DNA of 64,000 bases from Perkinsus olseni (lineage: Eukaryota). Position 1 is the stretch's first letter, and every line of letters starts with the position of its first letter. The DNA is taken from contig JABANN010000007.1 of assembly GCA_013115125.1 (NCBI GenBank), forward strand, positions 62,001 through 126,000, written 5' to 3'. The notes under the pieces were generated by a model. It was given only the letters and a program-made list of their open reading frames with translations. It searched no databases and was not told the DNA's origin. The translations under genes and the position numbers were made by a program. Positions 54,663 through 64,000 of the stretch are shown piece by piece.

Positions 54663-55610
54663 TCAACTCGTCCTCAGTGGTCCTAAGAGCAAATCTCGGT
54701 ACCCTCGACCTGTACGTAGTTTGTCTCCCCTTCTCGTCCGGGATCGACTCCTCCGCCTCGGGGTTTGTGTACCGCTACTCACCATCGAATGTGATAACAG
54801 ACCCTCCTGTCTTCGGACACCTATGCATTCGGCTAGCGGGCATATCCGCTGTGGACTATGTCGACCTCTCACGAGCTCAGGACTCCTTCCCACAGCATGG
54901 GCAGTGGCAAGTCTCCGAGGGGAGCTCCGAGGGGGCGATGGGCAACCTCGCCGACATCGCGTGTGCAGACCCCTATAGGCAGGGAGGCTCAACATCGACA
55001 CTTGGGAATCATTCAGCTGTGGTACTCGGGCCTTAGGGGATGGACGTAGGTCCGGCATCCTTAGAAGGTCATCGCACACTCGACTAGGAGATGGTGACCG
55101 TGGTCGAGGGGTACCAAGATGACTGAACAGCGGGGAGGTTGAGGTCTGCCCCCGCGCAATAGGACCGCCTACCGTAGGTGACTTCCCCCGGCCAGCTCTG
55201 CGCGAGGGCGAGTCCTTAGGCGAGGCTGGCGGACATATGGGTCGAGCCATGCTCCCTCGAGAGTCCCTAGCGCTCCCTCTCTCCACTGACCTCAACAACG
55301 AGCATTCTACCGCAATTTGGTGTGCCTTGCGGAACTTCAACGCTCGTAGCCTCGCTTCGATCGCCTCAATCTCGATATCAGAGGTGATGACACTGTCATC
55401 ATCGGCCCAGTCATCGAGGGGAGGATGGTGGCCTCGCAGGCACCCCATCGAACTGGGTGCAAGGACCAAACGGCTTAGATCAGTACTCGGAGGCCTTCCA
55501 CCAGGGTAACCTGGACTCCCCTTCCTCGGTATCCGCTCCTGTGGCTCATCGCACACGAACGGCGCAGGAGAAGAACGGCGACATGGAAGGAACCGAGGTG
55601 TGCCGGGCAT
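54663..55610 (-). CDS. Intronless Pro/Arg/Ser-rich hypothetical protein, 315 aa
   Basis: Long ORF with a short helical segment (DIEIEAIEARLRALKFRKAHQIA); no recognised domain. Confidence 0.45.
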   Translation of the reverse strand: MPGTPRFLPCRRSSPAPFVCDEPQERIPRKGSPGYPGGRPPSTDLSRLVLAPSSMGCLRGHHPPLDDWADDDSVITSDIEIEAIEARLRALKFRKAHQIAVECSLLRSVERGSARDSRGSMARPICPPASPKDSPSRRAGRGKSPTVGGPIARGQTSTSPLFSHLGTPRPRSPSPSRVCDDLLRMPDLRPSPKARVPQLNDSQVSMLSLPAYRGLHTRCRRGCPSPPRSSPRRLATAHAVGRSPELVRGRHSPQRICPLAECIGVRRQEGLLSHSMVSSGTQTPRRRSRSRTRRGDKLRTGRGYRDLLLGPLRTS

Positions 55611-56475
55611 TAACTACCCAGAGCAACGCCGCCGCTAGCAGTGCCAACCAATGATGATGCTATCCTCTGAGAGAATCATCGCCCGCTGGTATTAACAAAA
55701 CGCTACATAAGCGGGTGATCCGTGAAAAAAGCGGATCTGAATGGAGGGCTATAATGTCCACCCACGAACGAGGGATGACGATGCGAGGCCCCTCCAGTAT
55801 CTATTGAACAGAAAGCAAGGCGCCCCTCGCTGGACTATAGGCTACGTTGTTGGCCAACAATGCGAGAGCGCCTCTGACGACACACCAAGGATCAAGCACC
55901 TACTCCGATATCCTCGATAGACATTTCAATCAAGCTGGGAAGGTAAGACCAGAGAGCACCTACTACCTTGTGTGGAGCCTAACAGGATATCTGTGCCGCC
56001 TCATAGTCCCACAGCATTCCGAAACCAGAGAGGGGCAGAACTTTCCTGTATAAGAGAGGGGACTCGCCTTGGACCACGGCTCCGAGAGACTGCTAACGGA
56101 CTCGTTCTCAGACCTTTCAATATTACCCGATCTGCAAATATTGATACTGCCGATAATTCTCCCGCCAAGGCGTCTAGCACGCTCACCATAACCCTGCGGG
56201 AGAGTCGGCTGAGGGGCGGCTCGGCAGGCGGTAACATCTAGATTCACAGGATCAACAATACGACCTAACTACGACCTACTACGGTTCAACCGTGATTTCT
56301 CTATGCATCACGCTCCACTTTCCCTCCCCTTACGGATTAAGCGCGAGATAAACCAGACATCTCTAGAACAGGACGCGCTCCCGACGACAAAAGACCCCTG
56401 CCTACGGAGGAATGATGCAGGACATGGGTTGGTACGGAGGTGATGGAGTGTATTCAAAATACTTTGCCCCTCAAA

Positions 56476-57023
56476 TCAGGCTCGAGCGTCCCTGTTAAGG
56501 ATCGTAGGACCCAGTGCTAGATGGTATTGACGAATGGCCCAAGACAGTAGAGGGCGTGAAACGTAAATGCTACAGTGAAATTTGACTGTGACGAGTGGAA
56601 AATGAGCAGAATGCTGTGACAACTGCTTTAACAACGAATAATGACAATAACAACTGCGTGGGACAGAAGGGACGGTGAAGACCATTTCGACGACGAAGTG
56701 GATAAATAAGAACGAGAGAGCAGCCAAGAGCCCGATTGTAATACACTTCCAGCTACACATCTACGCACAACAACGGTCATTAGTGATGTTCGACACAGTC
56801 ATTGACGAGACCCTGGACAATTAACAACTAGAATGATTTGTGAATGCATCTAATGGTGACGATAGTAGCGACGCAGGCTAACCTTGACGAACTCTCTTAC
56901 AGTGCTCATTGGCATCTGCTCTGACACATTTAAGCACTGGATTATGCGCAGTTGAGAGTGCAGGATCTGTCGCTCGTCTCACTAATAGGGTGCTATCCGA
57001 ATCACTACTACAAGAGAGTGGCG

Positions 57024-57055
<32 letters not shown>

Positions 57056-58178
57056 GGTAGTCTACTAAGGCGCTGCTGCTCGTTAGCCATGATGTGGTCC
57101 CATAGATGCTCATCGAAGCCGTCCGATCTTTGTGACGAAGAGTTCTCTCCTTCCCTAGACGATGCCGTGGGCCATACATCTTCATCTTCATACGACTTCC
57201 TCTCGATTATATGCAAGGCTCGGACACACTCAGCTTGCTTAGTTCGTCCAATAAGATGTGCTACATTCGAAGGTAGATCCCCGACTTGATTGTTGATGGT
57301 GAGTTCATCATCGCAGACCCTTTGGAAATTAACATTGTGACCCTTCGAGTTGGTACTGGAACCCCGTCGCCGGTTTGCCACGCTGACTTCAGAATTATCC
57401 GACCCACTGCTGCCGCCTCTGCCTTGGGAACGAGTCTCGAGCATCGTTGACGACGGATTCGGCGATTGGTGGGCCTCCTCCCCAAAACCTAGTCGGGATT
57501 GATTTGTGTCGCTCCGAGACGTACCACCAGAGGACTCCGAAACTCCTGTCGTAACTGAAGGACTCAACATCATCCTACCATACTTTCAGTCAAGAAATGC
57601 CTGGACTGAATAAGGGCCACTATGCTCATCCAGGCTGCCAAAACTCACATCGAGTCACGTAGGCATATCCTCTCGAGCTCTTGGATTCGATAGGAAGAAA
57701 TGGTCGACCACCGGCGTCCTCCTGAGCCCCTGCTGATGGTTGAAACGGCGTCAGATAGGTCGGAAGTGATGCTCGACGTGATGGACATGCTCCTGCTGGT
57801 AATAGTGTCATAAGATAGCGCTACGATAGAGAAGTCGAACTGCTAGCGCCAAAAAAATACTCGAAAAACTCCGATGCCAGGATTCGATCTCGGGAGGATC
57901 AGTGGTGGGGCGGAAAAGGAGAGAACCTGGAAGAGATTCCCGTCATCAAGTGAATTTTGCGGTGCCCCCCGGCGGCCGTGATCGCTCCACCTGGAGGGTC
58001 TGTTAGTCCCTGTGTTCAGTTGAGCTCTATGACACCGTTCTTTCTCAAGCCGTTCTTTCATCATTTTTCGACTGATGTACGGCGTGGCGACATCCTCGAG
58101 TGATGGACAACAAGGCGGGCTCATCTCTGTCGATATCGGATGCCCAAGCGGCTCGTGCATGATCAGCCGCCGTCCCAT
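56476..58178 (-). CDS. Probable multi-exon Ser/Thr-rich hypothetical protein with a C-terminal hydrophobic helix; ends approximate
   Basis: Co-oriented ORFs 57843-58178, 56878-57573 (231 aa) and 56476-56760 (ITIGLLAALSFLFIHFVV). Confidence 0.4.
57023..57055. repeat. (GTT)11 microsatellite (poly-Thr on the minus strand); a similar (GTT)8 lies at 23660-23683 and (CAG)8 at 61175-61198
   Basis: Directly visible. Confidence 0.95.
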
Positions 58179-60613
58179 CTTCCCTCCAGAGAGTAGGATA
58201 CGTAGGTTGCAATCATCAACTATTCGGGCCCGTAATCGGATGCTTCATCCTAGTCGAATGTGCGCAGATGGTTATTCATGTGTTGTCATCGGCATTTTTC
58301 CGCGTGTTGCCATGGATGCAGTCCGCCTCCCCTACAGCGTTTACTTCTGATATGAAAAGCTCTCCCCCGCTGGGAAGATAACGGTCACCTGCTACTCACT
58401 ATGTAGGACAACTCAAAGCTCACATGAGGCCTGTTAGAAATCACCAACGAAGTCGCAGGAGCTCTACACAAGAGAACGGTAAGATGGATGAGTGACTACT
58501 CCGAGCAGCTAGGAGAATCCCACCGCCTGGAGGTCCACGAAGAGGAGACTTCTAAGCTGGTGGGGTAAACATTTCTCCACGATACAGTGGCATCACGACC
58601 GTTCAATGATATTCGCAAAAATGGTAGCATGAATGGCAGAAGTTCTAAGGGAATGACACCTTTGGGGTCTTTTTGATGCCACTATAATCGCTGTCCCTTC
58701 TGGCCAATGGCACCGAATACCTTCCGTACAAACAGTCACAGGGTAGACTACAATAGTGGTACGAATATCACCGCCGACAAAGCACAAATGAGAGATTACT
58801 GTATATAAATATTGTAACTCGAAAGCGTTCAACTACTACAGCCAAGCATTGTCGTGTCTGGCACTTGCTAGGAGCACACTATGAGTCGAAAGAGCGGTAT
58901 CATAACAACCTCGGATGCCCCAGTATGCATCTAACCTCTCAATCACAGAGAACCGTCCGCGTACCACTCTCGGTAATACTATCAGGGCTCTGCTTCATTC
59001 ATCTCGTCCAACGAGTAACATTGAGTCAGAACATCACCACAATAATCGAGTTCGCTACAATGCTACTGCTAGAAGTAGTAGCAGACGACTGGAAGATATC
59101 CGCGAACAAGCAATACACAACAACAACCGGGGAGGACAGCAGCAAGAAGGGATAATACACTGAGGTTAGTGAAGAATATACAACAATAAAGAGAGAGTGC
59201 GCATAGAGCAGCGGTACCATCTGGCATATCAAAGAGTACCATGCAAGCGTATTGGTCATTATAGCGACTGCAGGATGATCGCCTTGCAGAAGGTTGTGTA
59301 GGCGTAGTAGCCAGGTAACGGTAGCAAAATTACTATGGCGAATTTGATTTGACGCTACAAGAAAGACGAGGAGGCCATGACTGCACTTGAATTGCCAGGG
59401 ACACGCTCACCTCAGCGTGCGCAGGCTTTGAGCAACCTGGAGAAATGATGAACGCAGAGAACAGTAGTATTCTAATGGAGAAAGAGAGGCCAGTCAAAAG
59501 AAACGGGAGACGAATGGCTCATTGTTTAGCCTGACTTCACAAGATTGATGATGATGAGAACAATGATTACAAGCAGAACAATCAACAAAGTACAGCAGCA
59601 ATAATAATACTAATAACCAGCTTCATACCAGCTTCATGGTAGTAGCCACAATGTTGTCTAGATATGATACTACTAAGTACTTGACAGCCTCAACCAGTGT
59701 CATTTACAACATCAGCTACGACACCGATTATGTACGGTGCACGAGGATTCTCCTTCTTCTACTAATACTACTACTGCTGATGATACTCCTCACGGTTGCT
59801 GAAACCCTGTTTTCACACGATTATAGTATTAGAGCATCACAACGACGGTGGTAGTGATGGTAACAATAGTAGCGGTAATAAGCGTCTTCACAATTTAAGC
59901 ACAGTTAAATACCACCCCATCCGCCTAAGTCTTAGTTTACAATGGTTGATTGTCTCCGCTGTAAGCAAGCGCTTCGAACAATCAAAATGAGCTGCTCAAT
60001 CAACCAGCAGTATAATAGTATCGCATCATCACTATCATGTCAATCAACGGAATGGATAGTGTAAGATGATGATGATGATGTAGTGTCTTGGTTATGCCGC
60101 CATAACTTCACTGCTACGTGGCATCCTGCGGACATAGGTCGCCATACCTCGGCTCTAGAAACGAACAGCTCATCATCAGCTCGACAGTCCGTACATATAG
60201 CATTGCTCTTACCCTTGACTCTCTCCTTCGCGGTGTTGAAACGATGTATGTTCCTCGAGGCGAGCTCTGATACCTGAGAGTGGGGATAATGCCTAGAGCA
60301 GACGCGAGCAGGTTGCTGCTTACGCGTAGAGGCTACATGCGGGTGACATTCCCGATGCCCTGCGTGTACGAGGGGTATCACCAGCTGAAGAGGGCATAGT
60401 CATACTTCATAAGGAAAGCTCAGTGAACTACTCCAACTCACCTAAGCTGCTAGTGGTAATACGGGGAGATGCACTCGGGTACCTGCTCAAAGAAGTTTTT
60501 CAACCCCCCTTCAGTCGTCATCTTACCGATGCCTGTACGAATACATAGCAGGAGTGGTGGACGTCGACAGACCTGAGAGTATAGCACTGGAAACCTGCCA
60601 GGCGGACAGTGTG

Positions 60614-61033
60614 TTAGCTATTCGTCTTACCAGGAGCATCCAGAGACCCTGCCGCAGATCGACCTGGCCTTATTCTTCTATGAGCCGTAATACCCGGCAA
60701 TGGAGGTAAACGCTGCTCGCGATGCTTCACTGATTCATCCGGGGCACGTGATGAGGACGCAGTTGTTGAAGTAGACGGCACGGCTGAAAGACGAACAATC
60801 ACAGTCGAAAAGTTCGCCTGAGGATTCTCACAATCATCCATGTTCAGTGAGCCAGTCGGCTGCAGGGGTACGGCACCGCCTTTGGACGGGATCGCTGACC
60901 TGAATGACCTAGGAGGGACGAGCTCGGTGATCTGGCCACTGGCATGAGGAGAGGAGGAGTACTCTGCATCATCATCGTCACTGCTTGGGGTCGTTATATT
61001 GTCCTCGACATCTTTGCTCTCAGCACATCCCAT
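60614..61033 (-). CDS. Hypothetical low-complexity protein with an N-terminal myristoylation/palmitoylation-type motif (may continue in further exons)
   Basis: Begins MGCAESK (MGCxxS). Confidence 0.5.
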   Translation of the reverse strand: MGCAESKDVEDNITTPSSDDDDAEYSSSPHASGQITELVPPRSFRSAIPSKGGAVPLQPTGSLNMDDCENPQANFSTVIVRLSAVPSTSTTASSSRAPDESVKHREQRLPPLPGITAHRRIRPGRSAAGSLDAPGKTNS

Positions 61034-61758
61034 TGCGATAGAAGATACCTTTAAAATGCTGACGGAATTCAGTAAGCTGATGACACCCCCTCCAACTCAA
61101 CTCAGCGGACACCAATATGAGAAAAAGGCATACAAAACTCGAAAGACATTGAATGACATTGAAACCCATCCATGCAGCAGCAGCAGCAGCAGCAGCAGAC
61201 TAGCATGGAATTCACCAAAAACTTGACACGCGTTTCTAGCACCTCTATCTTTGCCCCGCTTGTCGCCTGTTTCGTCTGGAATTCTGAGAATCACAGCAGC
61301 GCTGATAGAACCAGACCCCTGCACGATCATAAAACATCAGCCCACTCTCGTCACTACTTTGCGGTTCCGTCGTGACCCTCGCGACTGCTTGCTGTCAACT
61401 ACTACTACACCACGTGCCTTCGGCGCCTCCGGAGATGCAAGCTGCCGCAATTCCAAGTCCTGGACTGTTCCCGGGACTACATCATCATCGCATGACTCGA
61501 AGCCTCTCTCGGTGCTCGGGCTTGACTCGAACGACCGGAAAACCTCATCATAAGTATAGAGGCCTTCTCCGTCCCGCCCTTCCGACTGTGTTACCGACGA
61601 CGCGTCCTGAGATAAGCGCGGTACCGAGCACCGAAACTTCCAGTACGCACCTGGTCCGCGGACGGTAGAGGCATAATACCGTTCGGCTGACGTTTATCCA
61701 CATAAGCCAAGTCCGGTAATCTCTGAGGTCTGTGGGAGGCGTCATCTCAACAAGGACA

Positions 61759-64000
61759 TCAAATCATCTCCAGCACCCACCCAGTGCTATCCGATTGATG
61801 ACCAGCTGTGATTCTAGTCACACTCCAAGAGGCGTATCCCGTCCCTGTGCCCAGTTCTAGCAGTTGCGAATGGAAGTTGAGGAGCCAGGGCTTCTGTGAT
61901 GCCGTGAGTACCGTACCTGCCCGGACAATGACTGCATCGATTCGTATTACGATGCTCACTACATTGATACTTGTCCCTAAGGTACCGATACATCTCCTCC
62001 TCTCCATCAAGGGCCACTGCACTCGTGCACTCATCCAGAAGAGCCCAACGGGGATGACGGAAGCTGATGAGCGACAGCAAATAGCTACCTACTATCTGCC
62101 CATGCTAACGGGCCACTCAATCCCAAGGAACGAGTATCCGACATTACAATAGTCTAGCCATGCCTATTCTCTGCTGCTCTCCCAGACTGAGCTTATTCTC
62201 CCAATCTTCATCGGACGTTAACAGTCCACCAACCTGTCGTTGTATAAGATAGCTCAAGTGAACATGCTCGAGGCACTCCTCAACTCTAGACAGAGTTAGC
62301 TCCGTGACTCCAGCCTGACATAAGGATGAGAACAACGCCATTCTGCCCGCCTTGAGTCACTACTTTATCTGGGTAGGTGACCAAGTCTGCCAGAGTTCCC
62401 TCAGGCATGTAAGGCTTAGTAGGGACGTAATGCAGCTGCTTGCCCGGAGGAGCCGATAATGTACCACCACCAGGAGACCACAGCCCCACGATAGTACCTG
62501 TCCACCCTGGTGAGCGGGATATCACAGGAATGAAGAGGATTACGTAGCACACCGCTTTTGCCGCAACCATTCGGGCCTGTTATGATCATACCGTTGTCAG
62601 AGTGGGCGTCGACTGCCATACTGAGCCGTGACGCCTGTTGAATGAATCGGAAGCCAATCCTATGAGCGACATCATGAACCCACCAGGATCATGCCGCCAT
62701 CGGGTGTCTGGATATCCACTTCATCAAGCTTTATCATATCTTCTGTCGCGCTAGTACGAGTAGGCTCAGATTTGCCTGCGACAACCATATATGGGCCCTT
62801 CAACAGGGTTCTAATAACTACCCTCCCCGGCCCTCTTTTTGTTCAGCAGAGCCCCACTCTCCTGACAGGCCCTCAACAGTTGTTCCACCTTAGCAAAACC
62901 GACATGATGATAGCCCATCACCGACGAGCTGACAGCATACCCGACATACCCTAGTAGCGTGACCGCTTGCTCCAGCCCACTTCCCTCCTAGTTCCATCAG
63001 CATACCCAAAGCAGAGAATGAATGTGATACTACTGAGCCGAGGTACCTAATCATTGAGGTCCTCGGGTACTGCTCACCCCCAGCGTCCCTCACCTGAGTG
63101 TATGGCTGAGATACTCGTCTCCCTCAGCCCCACCGGCACCTTGGCGGTAAATCAGGCTAAGGACCCAGGAGGCATTCTGTGGCACCATTTGAGATACGAA
63201 GTAATCGAATATGCCGTAGAAATGCTCGAGCCTTTTCGACGAGCGTTGGAAGTCCAACTTGGCGGCCAATAACCTGAGTTACGGAAAACTAAATCACAAC
63301 TAAATACCCTTCCCTTCTGTTACTTATTGGCTGTCCGTGACTCGACAGCACCGCCATCCAGGAAGGCTATGGACTCAGCACACTGGCTTAACCGCCCATG
63401 GAACTTCGAGAAAGCCGCATCTGCAACGTTAGTTTACTATGCGAGTACGGCCATGGTAACGAGGACTCACCTAGCTCCTCGCGTCTAGCCGTTAATCCGG
63501 CCAGATCGGGGCGGATGACTCTCAGGAATACCATCCCCGATATAGTGTACGTTAGCAGAGATGATAGGCCGGTCCTGCCTAAGAGAAGAATAGCTTCACA
63601 TACAGTTACGAGAGACCTTAGGAGACTACCTGTCAGTTGGAAGACTCCGGCGCTGAACCAACCCAGATCCACTAGGGGCTTCATCGAATCACTCAGGATG
63701 TTGGCAAGGGCCTCAGCCAACTGGAAAGAAGAACACCAGTCCTCCATGCCGGAAATACTCAACGTAACATACCTTGGGAACGTCCTCGACGATGACTTGA
63801 TCTGGCCCTCCTTCAGGTGGCACAAGATGGTAGAAACTTGAGCCTTCGAAATATCTACAGCGAACATAGTAGGAAGGGAGGCTGGAAGAACTTTCACTAC
63901 ACTGTAGTGAGTCTTTTCGTTAGTTGACGTCGCCAATAGTCGGCTATACCTGCCTCCAGTACATCACCAAGAGGAGAGAGCACTGCTTGAACTAGGCCCA
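61759..64000 (-). CDS. Peroxisomal ABCD-family ABC transporter, C-terminal part; 5' end beyond the window
   Basis: Walker A IITGPNGCGKS; HYVPTKPYMPEGTLADLVTYP; DWENKLSLGEQQRIGMARL (ABCD signature); FRHPRWALLDECTSAV (Walker B); TMD exon with KPLVDLGWF. Confidence 0.9.

Noticed and set aside
58350-60100. ORFs in the AT-richer, trinucleotide-repeat-rich stretch
   Set aside because: Short, with no recognisable motifs or consistent exon chain; treated as probably non-coding or unresolved.

Overview
Gene-dense eukaryotic nuclear DNA. Most genes are split by many short (~45-100 nt) GT-AG introns, so the ORF track shows exon fragments and antisense shadows. Gene content and architecture suggest an alveolate protist, Perkinsus-like (inference only). 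No prokaryotic features, CRISPR, rRNA, tRNA or clear mobile element were seen. Recognisable genes: SWR1/SRCAP-type SNF2 ATPase, RPL34, WDR24/Sea2-like GATOR2 subunit, a BTB-BACK-NHL protein, an intronless glycosyltransferase-like plus NRF-6/acyltransferase-3-like pair, FAN1 nuclease, a 4-exon RPA14/RPA3-like gene missing from the ORF track, a Mei2-like two-RRM protein, an intact and a pseudogenised pepsin-like aspartic protease, an ankyrin protein, a guanylate-binding protein, ARL3 and a partial peroxisomal ABCD transporter. The top observation is a tandem array of three intronless genes (2413-5120). They are unrelated except for four copies of an ungapped, basic 55-aa domain that I do not recognise, attached to acidic/Ser/Pro-rich regions: a candidate lineage-specific nucleic-acid-binding or transcription-factor family. 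Ends of multi-exon genes were read by eye and are approximate where stated.
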